A stretch of 28,169 nucleotides of DNA from Hormoscilla sp. (GCA_051439505.1 JBFRWI010000021.1:1-28169); one strand, 5' to 3'. Positions 1 through 9,800 are shown, numbered from the stretch's first letter. Numbers and translations: made by a program. Notes: generated by a model not told the origin, from the letters alone.

Positions 1-215
1 GCTGTTATCCATAGAGAGTTTATGTTTAATGGTTGTCGTTCTTGTGCTGATTCGATCGTCGTTCGCAGCATAGCATGACCGAAACCCACGTGAGAGTCAA
101 CCCAGATCTCCTGAGCGTCCGGGCCTCTATATATCATATATTCTGTCAGGCGCTGCAATAGTTCCCGGGATACCGGTGCGCCATCCAGATTTACTATACC
201 CACTATTCCGCTCAA
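1..215 (-). CDS. Asparagine synthetase-like protein, probable lasso peptide isopeptide-bond-forming cyclase (N-terminal 71 codons; runs off the window edge)
   Basis: Manual translation from TTG at 215, with RBS GAGGTG at 221-226: MSGIVGIVNLDGAPVSRELLQRLTEYMIYRGPDAQEIWVDSHVGFGHAMLRTTIESAQERQPLNINSLWIT(A). It has the AsnB N-terminal motifs (GIxG, RGPD, GH, QP), Ser in place of the catalytic Cys, and lies next to a PqqD gene. Confidence 0.8.
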   Translation of the reverse strand, partial: MSGIVGIVNLDGAPVSRELLQRLTEYMIYRGPDAQEIWVDSHVGFGHAMLRTTIESAQERQPLNINSLWIT

Positions 216-291
216 AGTTTCACCTCTATGGGATTTTCCTTACAGGGCCTAACAGCGATCTCTTAGAGTCCTTCCTCTCAATGCCAGCATC

Positions 292-576
292 TCACGCCTG
301 GGTCACTTTCACCAATCCATGTTTAACACATTTTTCGATCAACTCCAGCAAATCTTGTTCTAGTTTAGCTGGTTCCACCTCATACTCTTGTAAAAGGATA
401 TCATTAGCAGCCTGAATCGAGTCCGACTCCGTCAGCACCGACAACATTCTGCTGCCCACCTCATCCAGACCAAAATATTGCTCGCTATCAATATTAAGCA
501 ACACCGATTCACCGGACAATTCCTGAATCAGGACATCTTCCGCCAGAGACACCTTATGACTCAATCCCAATTTCAA
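292..576 (-). CDS. PqqD family protein / RiPP recognition element (lasso B1-like)
   Basis: 94 aa with the pattern ESVLLNIDSEQYFGLDEVG...LLQEYEVEP..LEQDL.ELIE...HGLV. TTG start with a GGAGG RBS. Confidence 0.88.
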   Translation of the reverse strand: MKLGLSHKVSLAEDVLIQELSGESVLLNIDSEQYFGLDEVGSRMLSVLTESDSIQAANDILLQEYEVEPAKLEQDLLELIEKCVKHGLVKVTQA

Positions 577-585
577 TGCTATCCT

Positions 586-687
586 CCGTTCGTAGTAAAC
601 GCAAAGCGCGTTTCCCCGCGTTTCCCGTTCGTAGTAAACGCAAAGCGCGTTTCCTTCTGACGGGCAGGCGAGATCCGCCCGCCCTAC
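586..687. repeat. REP-like cluster: two 30-bp direct copies (586-615, 625-654) plus an oppositely oriented GTAG hairpin (662-687)
   Basis: CCGTTCGTAGTAAACGCAAAGCGCGTTTCC x2; on the minus strand GTAG-GGCGGGCG-GATCT-CGCCTGCC. Confidence 0.8.
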
Positions 688-694
688 GCCAATT

Positions 695-3505
695 TTAGAC
701 CATTTCTGCCGTTTGCATAGTTGGTTGGGGCTGAGGTTGGAACTGGAACATTGAATAGATCACATTCCGGCGAATAGAAATCATCATTTCCAGGAACAAC
801 TCATAGCCTTCCGACTTATATTCTATCAGCGGGTCTTTCTGGCCGTAACCCCGTAAACCTACTGATTCTCGGAGGGCATCCATTTGCTGCAAATGTTCTC
901 GCCATAAGCCATCTATCTGCTGGAGAATAAAGAAGCGCTCTGCCTGCCGCATCAAACCCGGCTGAATTTTATCTATTTGAGCCTCCTTCATATCGTAGGC
1001 GATCCGCACCTGTTCGTGCAAGAACGTTTTCATTTCCCCAAAGCTGAGGTCTTCCAGATGTTCCGGTTCCAGGTCTGCCAGTAAATTGACAAACTCCTTC
1101 ACCTTACCTACTAATTTAGCCAAATCCCACTCCTCAGGGGGCAGTTCTGGGTTAACATATGCCTCAACGATTTCATCCATCGTTCTCTCAGCGTAGGCAA
1201 TCACCTGTTCCTTCAGATCCTGACCCTCTAGTACCCGACGCCGTTCTGCGTAGATCGCCCGACGTTGGTTATTCATCACCTCGTCGTACTCAAATACCTG
1301 CTTGCGGATATCGTAGTAATGGGTTTCTACCTTCTTTTGGGCCCCTTCCAGGGAACGGGTGAGCATCTTTGACTCGATCGGCATATCTTCCTCTACCCGG
1401 AACATCTCCATCATCCCCGCTACCCGATCGCCCCCAAAGATGCGCAGTAAATTATCCTGTAAACTGAGGAAAAACCTGGTGTCACCCGGGTCTCCCTGGC
1501 GACCGGCGCGACCCCGCAATTGATTATCGATCCGGCGCGAGTCATGGCGTTCCGTTCCCATTACATAAAGACCGCCCAGATCCACCACCTCTTCATGTTC
1601 CTTCTCTGTAAATTCCTTATATTCATCCCGGATAGCTTGGAAAACATCCCGCAGCTTACCGATCACCGGGTCATCTGTAGGGGCCGACTCCGCTGCCACT
1701 GCTATTAGATCCTCTGCCTGGAGTTCTGGCAAACTCCGTTCCCCGTACTCCCTAACTGCGAACTCTACCGCTTCTTTCAGCTGTTTTTCCGTTTCTGACG
1801 ACAGTTTCGTCGGGAAAATTTGCGGCGATACCTTCCATGATTTCACCTTTTGTCCCGGACCAAAACCCTGACCCTTCTTACCCTTTAGTTTCGTCCCCGG
1901 CACCCCCATAGCACCCAAACCATCTTCATCTTCTGGTTGGACAATGCGGGGCATAAGATATTCTCGCAACTTCAACCTGGCCATATAGTCGCAGTTGCCC
2001 CCCAGGATAATGTCCGTACCCCGTCCCGCCATATTTGTCGCGATCGTCAGGGCCCCTTTCCGTCCTGCTTGGGCCACAATTTCCGACTCCCGTTCCACAT
2101 TTTCGGGCTTGGCATTCAGCAACTGATGGGGAATTTGCCGCTCAGATAGTAAACTGGAGAGTACCTCCGATTTTTCCACACTTGTGGTGCCCACCAAGAT
2201 CGGGCGTCCCTGCTGGTGCAACTCCGCGCAGTCGCTTGCCACCGCTTGCCACTTACCTGCTTCCGTCTTATATACCATATCCGACAGATCCCGGCGACCT
2301 GTCGGCCTGTTTGTGGGCACCACCGTCACTTCCAAACTATAGATCTTTTCAAATTCTGCCTCTTCCGTTTTCGCCGTCCCCGTCATTCCCGACAGTTTCG
2401 GGTACAGCAAAAAGAAATTTTGATATGTTATTGTCGCTAATGTCTGAGTTTCCGGTTGAATTTCCACTCGTTCCTTCGCCTCGATCGCCTGATGCAGGCC
2501 ATCCGACCAGCGGCGTCCGGGCATCACCCGTCCCGTAAACTCATCTACGATCGTTATTTCATCATTGCGGACAATATAGTTAACATCCTTAATAAACAGT
2601 TCCTTCGCCTTGATCCCATTGAAGACAAAATGGGCCCAAGGGTCTTTCGGGTCGAACAGGTCTTTTACCCCCAAGAACTCCTCTGCTGCAATATACCCTT
2701 CATCCGTCAACAGGACATTGCGGGCCTTTTCATCCAGTTCGTAATGGTCTTCCTTGTTCAGGGCCCTGGCCACATCTGCCGCTTTGAGATACTTTTCGCT
2801 CGGTCTATCTACCTGACCTGATATGATCAGTGGCGTGCGAGCTTCATCTATCAGTACCGAATCTACTTCATCTATTATGCAGAAATTGAACGGGCGTTGC
2901 ACCACCTCTGCCATTGAAGAAGCCATATTATCCCGCAAATAATCGAACCCCACCTCGCTGTTAGTCGCGTAAGTTATATCACAAGCATAATTTTTCTGGC
3001 GTTCTGCCGGTCCCATGCCTTGCTGGATCAGACCCACGGACAAGCCCAGGAACCGGTGGACTTGTCCCATCCATTCCGCGTCCCGGCGGGCCAGGTAGTC
3101 ATTAACCGTGATCACGTGAACTCCCTTTCCGGTCAAGGCATTCAGGTAGGATGGCAGGGTGGCCACCAGGGTCTTACCTTCGCCGGTCTTCATCTCAGCG
3201 ATCTGTCCGTCATGCAGCACCATCCCCCCCAGCAGCTGGACATTAAAATGTCGCATTCCCAGCACCCGGCGTCCTGCTTCCCGGACCACCGCGAATGCTT
3301 CGGGTAACAGATCGTCTAGCATCTCCTTCAACTCATTGTCTGACGATGCTTTCGATAGCCGTTCTTTGAATTGAGCTGTTTTCGCGATCAAATCTTCATC
3401 GGACAAGGGCCCGATATCTTCCTCATACAGGTTGACTTCTTTAACGTAAGGCTTATACTTATTCAGTTTGCGTTCGTTGGGATCGCCGAGCAATTTCTTC
3501 AGCAT
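695..3505 (-). CDS. secA: Preprotein translocase ATPase subunit SecA
   Basis: 936 aa with the motifs [39 protein letters not shown] and [13 protein letters not shown]. No C-terminal Cys zinc finger is present. Confidence 0.99.
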   Translation of the reverse strand: MLKKLLGDPNERKLNKYKPYVKEVNLYEEDIGPLSDEDLIAKTAQFKERLSKASSDNELKEMLDDLLPEAFAVVREAGRRVLGMRHFNVQLLGGMVLHDGQIAEMKTGEGKTLVATLPSYLNALTGKGVHVITVNDYLARRDAEWMGQVHRFLGLSVGLIQQGMGPAERQKNYACDITYATNSEVGFDYLRDNMASSMAEVVQRPFNFCIIDEVDSVLIDEARTPLIISGQVDRPSEKYLKAADVARALNKEDHYELDEKARNVLLTDEGYIAAEEFLGVKDLFDPKDPWAHFVFNGIKAKELFIKDVNYIVRNDEITIVDEFTGRVMPGRRWSDGLHQAIEAKERVEIQPETQTLATITYQNFFLLYPKLSGMTGTAKTEEAEFEKIYSLEVTVVPTNRPTGRRDLSDMVYKTEAGKWQAVASDCAELHQQGRPILVGTTSVEKSEVLSSLLSERQIPHQLLNAKPENVERESEIVAQAGRKGALTIATNMAGRGTDIILGGNCDYMARLKLREYLMPRIVQPEDEDGLGAMGVPGTKLKGKKGQGFGPGQKVKSWKVSPQIFPTKLSSETEKQLKEAVEFAVREYGERSLPELQAEDLIAVAAESAPTDDPVIGKLRDVFQAIRDEYKEFTEKEHEEVVDLGGLYVMGTERHDSRRIDNQLRGRAGRQGDPGDTRFFLSLQDNLLRIFGGDRVAGMMEMFRVEEDMPIESKMLTRSLEGAQKKVETHYYDIRKQVFEYDEVMNNQRRAIYAERRRVLEGQDLKEQVIAYAERTMDEIVEAYVNPELPPEEWDLAKLVGKVKEFVNLLADLEPEHLEDLSFGEMKTFLHEQVRIAYDMKEAQIDKIQPGLMRQAERFFILQQIDGLWREHLQQMDALRESVGLRGYGQKDPLIEYKSEGYELFLEMMISIRRNVIYSMFQFQPQPQPTMQTAEMV

Positions 3506-3507
3506 GG

Positions 3508-3602
3508 CAGTTGTCAGTTATCAGTTGGCAGTTGTCAGTTGTCAGTTGTCAGATGGTATGGTGGGCCGTGCCCACAGTCAGTCAGTTGGTAGTTGGTAGT
3601 TA
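3508..3602. repeat. STRR-type heptamer tandem repeat (CAGTTGT)n with an embedded degenerate REP hairpin
   Basis: cagttgt cagttat cagttgg cagttgt cagttgt cagttgt; ggtgggccgtgcccac at 3560-3575. Confidence 0.85.
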
Positions 3603-3625
3603 TCCTTTTTACATACTTTACTGGC

Positions 3626-4111
3626 TTATTGGGAATCTCGCCATTCGGGGGTTAGGGAACGGAAGTCATACTTCAGAGCCCCTGGATGACATTGTAGACA
3701 ACTGCTGATGGTAATGGGCGAGGTAAATTTGACTCGGGGATGAAGTGCTCGGAAATAACGGGAGTTTCTCATGCGATAGGGAGTCTCTTCTTCCGATACT
3801 AGGGGACGAGAGGCGAATTGCAGGTATTGCCATATTAACAGGCGGGGGGGATCGATCGGGAGTTGCACTTGCACCCCGTAATGTTGCTCGTCTTGCAATA
3901 GCTGTTGCCAGGTTTCTCTGGGCATCACTGCTGGTGGCAGGGCCATATGGCAAGTACCACAATTTTCCTGATACAGTTCCAATCCTAGCTGATAGCGTTG
4001 GGGAACTGGATCTACTGCTACTGTCCGAGGGGCGATCGCGATCGCCAGACTCACCGACAGGCCCAGACAAAACAGCAATATCCGGTACTTTGCTACTCGC
4101 CGGTTACTCAT
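3626..4111 (-). CDS. Diheme cytochrome c (DHC family)
   Basis: Two CxxCH motifs (CGTCH, CLQCH), the segment LPPAVMPRETW..LL....HYG, and an N-terminal hydrophobic export signal. The start was moved to MSNRR (4111) because the upstream extension is a translated tandem REP. Confidence 0.85.
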   Translation of the reverse strand: MSNRRVAKYRILLFCLGLSVSLAIAIAPRTVAVDPVPQRYQLGLELYQENCGTCHMALPPAVMPRETWQQLLQDEQHYGVQVQLPIDPPRLLIWQYLQFASRPLVSEEETPYRMRNSRYFRALHPRVKFTSPITISSCLQCHPGALKYDFRSLTPEWRDSQ

Positions 4112-4138
4112 GAGGAAGATAATTTGTCTACTTGACAT

Positions 4139-4198
4139 CTGGTGGGCGGTGCCCACCCTACTTTCAGACTGGTGGGCGGTGCCCACCCTACTTTCAGA
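4139..4198. repeat. Perfect 30-bp tandem duplication containing a REP-like hairpin
   Basis: CTGGTGGGCGGTGCCCACCCTACTTTCAGA x2 (minus strand GTAG-GGTGGGC-ACC-GCCCACC). Confidence 0.92.
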
Positions 4199-4305
4199 CG
4201 CCATTAAACGTTCAATAACGGAGCATTTATTAAAAACAATATCGAGACAGATGTCGCCCTCTGATTGAAAATATATGCTATCAAATCGCCAATGGTATGA
4301 GAGCA

Positions 4306-4764
4306 ATGGATTGCAGTCATATTCAATTTTGTGCCGATACTTCCTATATCGAGCTGACTCAACTGGTAGACCTGTTCGATATCGGGGCTTTTTGGGCCCG
4401 AGGACGGCGCCCTGCGGATTTGCAGCTGGCGATTGCCAACAGCTGTCCGGTGATTACCGTTTGGGATGGCGATCGCCTGATTGGGTTTGCCCGGGCCACA
4501 TCAGACGGGGTATATCGGGCCACCATCTGGGATGTAGTCATGCACCCAGAATACCAAGGTGTAGGACTGGGGCGCAAGCTAGTGGAGACAGTTTTGAGCC
4601 ACCCCAAGATGAGTCGGGTTGAGCGGGTCTACCTGATGACCACTCATCAACAGCAGTTTTACGAGCGCATCGGTTTCCAGCGCAATTCCACCACTACGAT
4701 GGTAATATACAATCAGGCCATAGAAATCCCCCGTGGTACTGTTACAGCGGAAGTTTCCCAATAA
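4306..4764 (+). CDS. GNAT family N-acetyltransferase
   Basis: LIGFARATSDGVYRATIWDVVMHPEYQGVGLGRKL (acetyl-CoA-binding motif A) and FYERIGF. Alternative start at 4297. Confidence 0.92.
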   Translation: MDCSHIQFCADTSYIELTQLVDLFDIGAFWARGRRPADLQLAIANSCPVITVWDGDRLIGFARATSDGVYRATIWDVVMHPEYQGVGLGRKLVETVLSHPKMSRVERVYLMTTHQQQFYERIGFQRNSTTTMVIYNQAIEIPRGTVTAEVSQ

Positions 4765-4816
4765 TACCAGATCGCCTTATACCATTTTGTCAAAAGTTGT
4801 CAGCCCGCAGTTGTCA

Positions 4817-4870
4817 GCCCGCAGGGGGTTCAAACCCCCTGCTAATAGCTCAAGTCGGTTAAAACCGACT
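4817..4870. repeat. Double-hairpin dispersed repeat, copy 1 (other copies at 12091-12129, partial, and 16700-16754)
   Basis: GCCCGCAGGGGGTTCAAACCCCCTGCTAATAGCTCAAGTCGGTTAAAACCGACT, near-identical to 16700-16754 with compensatory stem changes. Confidence 0.88.
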
Positions 4871-5148
4871 GGGGGCCTAAAATGTTCATCTAATGTAGCC
4901 ACACAGTATAGACTTTCGGTTTTTTCGGGTGGGGTACAGTTACGTTAACTACCTCAAAAGGATAACTTTCACCACAGAGCCTTATAGGAATGTCATTAAA
5001 TAAGTGCTACAATTAATTAGGTATAATTGTCTCAGTTAGCTATAGCGCCAGTAGGAGGGTTTTAACGACCACCGATTAACTCGAATGTCGGTGAAAACAA
5101 CAATTAAATATAGTGCAACTAATTGTAGCATTTTTTTTCAAAACGGGA

Positions 5149-6045
5149 TTACTGAAGCTCTATGCTGGCTAGGGGAAGACTACATTGAATGCGACTCACG
5201 TCCGACTGCCGATCGGGGACTGCCAGGACTTCTAGACTGGACTGCATCAGTTCCAGGAGGATTTTATCTGCCATTAGAGTCAGTCCAAAGGAAGGCTGAC
5301 CTATATCCGGGTTTTCTGTCCAGGGAGATGATGTCAACAAATTCACTGGGTCGCTCCAAGCACTGGCGGGACGACTATCCTCCAGTAAGATGCGGACTAC
5401 CCCAGCAGAGGGTTCTGGTTCCGCCCACAGGCGAATGCTACCCTCTTGCATCTGGTCGATCGCGCTATCTACTAGATGCACCAGCACCTGTCTGAGTCGG
5501 CGCTGGTCTGCTAGCACGTGAATATGCGGCTCTGGGTTGACTACCCTCAGAGGCAGGTTTTTATTGGCAGCCTGGTTGTGGGTCAATTTATAAACTTCCC
5601 CGAATATACTAGCTAGAGGGATGGGCTGAATTTCTTGTTTTTCTCTGCCATGTTCGGTTTTGGCGACTAGCACCATTTCATCAATAAACTGGATCAGCTT
5701 TTGACTGCGGTGGTGAGCTTGTTTAAGGAATTCCCGTTCTTCCTCCTTTGAGTCGCATAGACCTTCTACGATCAGCTGATGTATGCCGATGATCCCATTA
5801 ATGGGCGATCGCAGTTCGTGGGAGACCCGTGCCAGAAACCCTTCCTTAAACTTGCTCATCTCTGAGGCCATCTGGTAAGCCAACTGCATCTGCTGGAGTT
5901 TCTCTTGACAAGCTTCGATCTCCGACCCGTCTCCTTGAGAAGCTTTTGAGTTCTCCAACCGGCTACTGACGGTCTGCCATAGACTCCTACTAGCTACGCC
6001 GATGCCCAGTCCCGCCAGTAAATAAATCAAGTTGCTCGGGCCCAT
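5149..6045 (-). CDS. Histidine-kinase-like protein (N-terminal TM, coiled coil, HisKA, degenerate HATPase)
   Basis: The H-box FLARVSHELRSP is intact. The N-box region LRQVLVHLVDSAI and the G-boxes are degenerate. Confidence 0.85.
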   Translation of the reverse strand: MGPSNLIYLLAGLGIGVASRSLWQTVSSRLENSKASQGDGSEIEACQEKLQQMQLAYQMASEMSKFKEGFLARVSHELRSPINGIIGIHQLIVEGLCDSKEEEREFLKQAHHRSQKLIQFIDEMVLVAKTEHGREKQEIQPIPLASIFGEVYKLTHNQAANKNLPLRVVNPEPHIHVLADQRRLRQVLVHLVDSAIDQMQEGSIRLWAEPEPSAGVVRILLEDSRPASAWSDPVNLLTSSPWTENPDIGQPSFGLTLMADKILLELMQSSLEVLAVPDRQSDVSRIQCSLPLASIELQ

Positions 6046-6083
6046 AAGAGTTTTAGAACGCTAATTGCCGATCATTGTAGGGA

Positions 6084-6665
6084 TTAGCTTTCAAATTTAA
6101 CCGCTCCCTGTCGCAGGATTTCCCAATCCTGAGAATTACATTTTGCCACAGTCGAGGGCAATCCACTTGCTGGCTGGGGTTCAGTATGGGCGAGGGTCAG
6201 TACCTGGGGAAATTCTGCTGCTATTTCCGCCATTGACAGCAGGGGCGGTCTTCCCGACCGGTTGGCACTGGTGGTTGCCAGAGGACCGGTTTTGGCCAGT
6301 ATTTGTCGGGCGATCGGGTGGTTGGGGATCCTCAGTCCGATGGTGGTCGGGTCTTGGGGGTTCATGGCCCTGGGTACCCGATCGGACGCTGGCAACACCA
6401 AGGTTAAAGCACCCGGCCAGTATGTTTGGGCCACCTGCTGCCAAACTGCCATCTCTTCAGGGTTTCCTTGACAGAATGAAAATAACGTGTTAATAGTATC
6501 TCCCATGAGAATCAGGGGTTTATCTTGAGAACGCTGCTTGGCGATGAAGATTAACTCACTGCGATCGGGTCTGGTGGCTAATGCTGGGACGGTATCGGTA
6601 GGGAAGCTAACTATCTTACCAGAGATTGCTCCCGCTACCAGGGCCTCTAGAGTCACTTGAGTCAT
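6084..6665 (-). CDS. tsaC: L-threonylcarbamoyladenylate synthase (YrdC/Sua5 family)
   Basis: Motifs FPTDTV, KQRSQDKPL, WPGALT, GLRIP, ATTSANRSG and LRQGA. Confidence 0.95.
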   Translation of the reverse strand: MTQVTLEALVAGAISGKIVSFPTDTVPALATRPDRSELIFIAKQRSQDKPLILMGDTINTLFSFCQGNPEEMAVWQQVAQTYWPGALTLVLPASDRVPRAMNPQDPTTIGLRIPNHPIARQILAKTGPLATTSANRSGRPPLLSMAEIAAEFPQVLTLAHTEPQPASGLPSTVAKCNSQDWEILRQGAVKFES

Positions 6666-6670
6666 GGAAA

Positions 6671-6697
6671 GCTAATGGCTAATGGCTAATGGCTAAT
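6671..6697. repeat. STRR-type heptamer repeat (GCTAATG)n
   Basis: gctaatg gctaatg gctaatg gctaat. Confidence 0.85.
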
Positions 6698-6860
6698 TGT
6701 ATGGTATATACAACTGCAAACTTAAGCCGGGACAGACCACCAGGCTTTCGGCGACTTCTTGGGTTGAGGCCCCAATAGGGTGTGATGAAGCAAGTTAGTT
6801 TAAGGAATTGTTTGCTGTTATCATATCAAAGACAAATAATGGATAGTGTGAGGATTGTGT

Positions 6861-9332
6861 ATGGAGATGAGAATCAGGGGCACCGACGGTCCCGACGAAC
6901 TATTTGCGACCACCAGAGACACCTTGCTTGGTGGAGCAGGGGATGACACCTTGGATACCACAGCTGGTGGTCGGCGCAATTGGCTAGCCGGTCAACAGGG
7001 AGATGATGTACTCCTAGCAGGTAGCAATGATCGGCTACGTGGTGGAGCAGGCAATGACAATCTGTTTGTAGGCAGTGGTCGGGCTCAGATGGTTGGTGGC
7101 GCTGGTGCAGACGGGTTTTGGATTGTTGATGGCGAACTGCCCGAGCAGAGGAATACAGTCAGGGACTTCCAGCAAGGAACTGACGTGCTGGGCCTTCGCG
7201 GTCTAACTCCAGAGATGCTCAGGAGTCTGCGGGTATCGCAAGTAAATCGAACAGATACTCTGGTTCAGATAGATGGTGAAGATGTCGCGATTTTGAAGAA
7301 TATCGACTCGCGGACCCTGACGATGGATGATTTCTTCGTGGCCCCACCACCACAACCACCAGAGCCACCAGAGCCAGCAGAATCTCTGCTAGAAGAAATA
7401 TTAGACCGTGGCTTCCTGCGGGTGGCAGTGACCGGCGAATTTGCGGGGTTGGACTTCTTTGATGAAGATGGCGAACTCAGTGGTTTGACCGTTGATATGA
7501 GTCGCGCTGTAGCGACAGCGCTGTTCGCCTCGGAGTCCGATGAGTTTGACCCGGATGATTTTATCGAGTACGTCGAGGTAGACTTTCTCGATGGGTTTGA
7601 TGCGGTGGCCTCCAAGGAAGTGGATCTCGGAGCAATTTCGGCGACCCAAAACACGACTCGCGATGGCACCCTGGGAGTAGACTATTCACCCACGATCTTA
7701 TTTGACGGTAGTGGGGTGCTAGTGCGTGCGGACAGCGGCATCACCGAATTTTCAGACCTGGAAGGACTCACGATCGGCGTGGGAGAAGGGTTTGTGGACG
7801 GACCGAACCTGCTTGATGGCTTGGAAAACGCTGGCATTGAGGCGTTCATTGAGATTCTACCGGACACCGATGCTCTGTTGGCCGCTTATGATGCTGGGGC
7901 ACTGGATGCGATATCCCTCGCTGGCTCCATTCTCAGCAGTAGCATTGACAGCTTGAGCGAACCAGACAATCAGTTGATTCTCGATGAGGTGCTCGGAGAG
8001 CAACCTATCGGTTTGCTGGTTCCCGAGAATGAGTCAGAATTTGCTGATGTGGTGCGCTGGGCGGTATATACCACATTCCAAGCGGAAGAGTTTGGCATTG
8101 ACTCTGACAATGTAGAAGATTTCCTCGACAGCGACGATCCAGAGATCCAAAGCTTCCTGGGTTCCCGAGGGGATTTAGGGGAAGCTCTGGGTATAGATAA
8201 TGACTTTACAGTGAGCATCATTGAAGAGGTGGGCAACTACGGCGAGATTTACGATCGCCACTTTGATGAAGACTTGCTGCCTCGCGGTCAGAATGCTCAG
8301 TGGACCGAGGGCGGTCTGATCTATTCTCTTCCCTTCACGGGTCAGACGGAGCCGGATTTTGATTTGATCGACAACGACGATCGCAATGTCCTGGAAGAAG
8401 TTCTCGATCGCGGTTCCGTTATCGTCGGCATCGGCGATGAGGGCCTAGATGACTTTTCCGATTCTCTGGGATTGATTGGATTTAACCTGGACTTAGGTCG
8501 GGCGATCGGGGCTGCTATTTTTGGCGACCCTGAAGCAGCAGAGTTTGTCCTGGTTGAGGATCTAGGATTCTCCGAAGTCGCCAATGGTGAAGTTGATGTC
8601 CTTAACTATTCACTCATCCACAATCTGGGTCGCGACGCTAGCTTGGGCGTAGATTATAGTCCAATTTTTGTCTACGACAATCAAATCGTCGCGACATTGA
8701 GTGACGACATCGACTCCTTAGAGGATCTAGACGGTGGTACGATCGGGGTACAAGCTGGCACGCCCTTTGAGGAGAATATCCTGGAGGTTCTGGAGGCGAT
8801 CGACGCTGACATTGAAGTAGTCCTGTTTGAGACTTTTAATGAACTGTTTGATGCGGCAGTTTCCGGAGACATTGATGCCGCAACAGCCGATAGCAGCTCC
8901 ATAGCATCCGCCGCTGTATCCCTGCCACCGGAACTTCGAGCCGAAGGTAAGATAATCGCAGCAGGGTTGTCCAAGGCACCTGTCTCCCTGGTCGTTGATG
9001 AAAACCAGTCCCAATGGCGGGATATCGTGAGTAATGTAGTCTATGCGACTCTCCAAGCCCAAGATTTTGGCATAACATCAGAAAATCTCGAGGAGTTTCT
9101 CGACAGCGAAGATCCAATTATCCGGCGCTTCTTGGGAGTAGAAGGGACTGTCGGTCAAAGGCTAGGTTTGCCTAACGACTTCGTGCAAAACATTATCTCC
9201 TCGGTGGGCAATATTGATGAGATAAGCGAGCGTAACTTCCCTGGGCTCATCAGGAATCCTCTTGCTGATTTATCTGAGAACGGTGGTCTGCTATTCTCCA
9301 TTCCCTTCGATGAACCGACAAGAGATATTTAA
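6861..9332 (+). CDS. RTX-type Ca2+-binding repeat region fused to two tandem amino-acid ABC substrate-binding domains (AapJ/BztA/NatF-like)
   Basis: N-terminal GGAGDDTL/GQQGDDVL/GGAGNDNL/GGAGADGF repeats, then a Pro-rich linker, then two repeats each starting L.E.LDRG and containing RD..LGVDYSP and VGNY/IxEI..R.F. RBS GAGGA lies 6 nt before ATG 6861. Confidence 0.85.
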   Translation: MEMRIRGTDGPDELFATTRDTLLGGAGDDTLDTTAGGRRNWLAGQQGDDVLLAGSNDRLRGGAGNDNLFVGSGRAQMVGGAGADGFWIVDGELPEQRNTVRDFQQGTDVLGLRGLTPEMLRSLRVSQVNRTDTLVQIDGEDVAILKNIDSRTLTMDDFFVAPPPQPPEPPEPAESLLEEILDRGFLRVAVTGEFAGLDFFDEDGELSGLTVDMSRAVATALFASESDEFDPDDFIEYVEVDFLDGFDAVASKEVDLGAISATQNTTRDGTLGVDYSPTILFDGSGVLVRADSGITEFSDLEGLTIGVGEGFVDGPNLLDGLENAGIEAFIEILPDTDALLAAYDAGALDAISLAGSILSSSIDSLSEPDNQLILDEVLGEQPIGLLVPENESEFADVVRWAVYTTFQAEEFGIDSDNVEDFLDSDDPEIQSFLGSRGDLGEALGIDNDFTVSIIEEVGNYGEIYDRHFDEDLLPRGQNAQWTEGGLIYSLPFTGQTEPDFDLIDNDDRNVLEEVLDRGSVIVGIGDEGLDDFSDSLGLIGFNLDLGRAIGAAIFGDPEAAEFVLVEDLGFSEVANGEVDVLNYSLIHNLGRDASLGVDYSPIFVYDNQIVATLSDDIDSLEDLDGGTIGVQAGTPFEENILEVLEAIDADIEVVLFETFNELFDAAVSGDIDAATADSSSIASAAVSLPPELRAEGKIIAAGLSKAPVSLVVDENQSQWRDIVSNVVYATLQAQDFGITSENLEEFLDSEDPIIRRFLGVEGTVGQRLGLPNDFVQNIISSVGNIDEISERNFPGLIRNPLADLSENGGLLFSIPFDEPTRDI

Positions 9333-9407
9333 CTGTTGGGCACTGGTTGAGCTAATAGCCACTATACTCGACCAGTGTTCTAGTGCGATAATCCTTTAAC
9401 AGAACAG

Positions 9408-9449
9408 GTAGTGAGCCCCTTGATGCAAGTCAGGGGGTTCATTACTTTT
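9408..9449 (+). terminator. Rho-independent terminator downstream of the RTX-SBP gene
   Basis: 17-bp stem (including G-U pairs) GTAGTGAGCCCCTTGAT / GTCAGGGGGTTCATTAC with a GCAA tetraloop, followed by TTTT. Confidence 0.7.
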
Positions 9450-9800
9450 ATGTTGCGCAGCGATGATGGTTGATATATGTTCCCTTTTTGCTAATTGCGG
9501 GCTTGCTAATTGCGCTCTGGACAAAAGATCACATTAATATACATATATAACTAGCAATAATTATCATCAACAACACAAATCATCCCATAATTGTGCAACC
9601 CCCTTTTATAAGTAGTTCGTAGTTCTCCGTTCGTAGTTGGACTCCAGAGAGCTTCAAATTAGTACAGATCAAGGGTTATAGCCTTGTTGACTAAAAGTCA
9701 AAATCTAAAAATAATTTTGCACGACTACTTAGTAGTAATTTCAGGGTGCATCTCACGGCAGGTGGTGCATCTTAATGTTCACATTGTGTTAATTTTTCAT

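Noticed and set aside
249..290. 13-aa ORF MLALRGRTLRDRC between pqqD and the cyclase-like gene as a lasso precursor
   Set aside because: It is too short and has no leader motif or suitable core.
586..654. Two 30-bp direct repeats as a CRISPR remnant
   Set aside because: Only 9 nt separate them and that sequence duplicates the repeat end. They belong to the GTTCGTAGT hairpin family.
4112..4306. N-terminal 65-aa extension of the diheme cytochrome c
   Set aside because: It includes the translated tandem REP (SESRVGTAHQ x2), overlaps the divergent GNAT start, and would bury the export signal.
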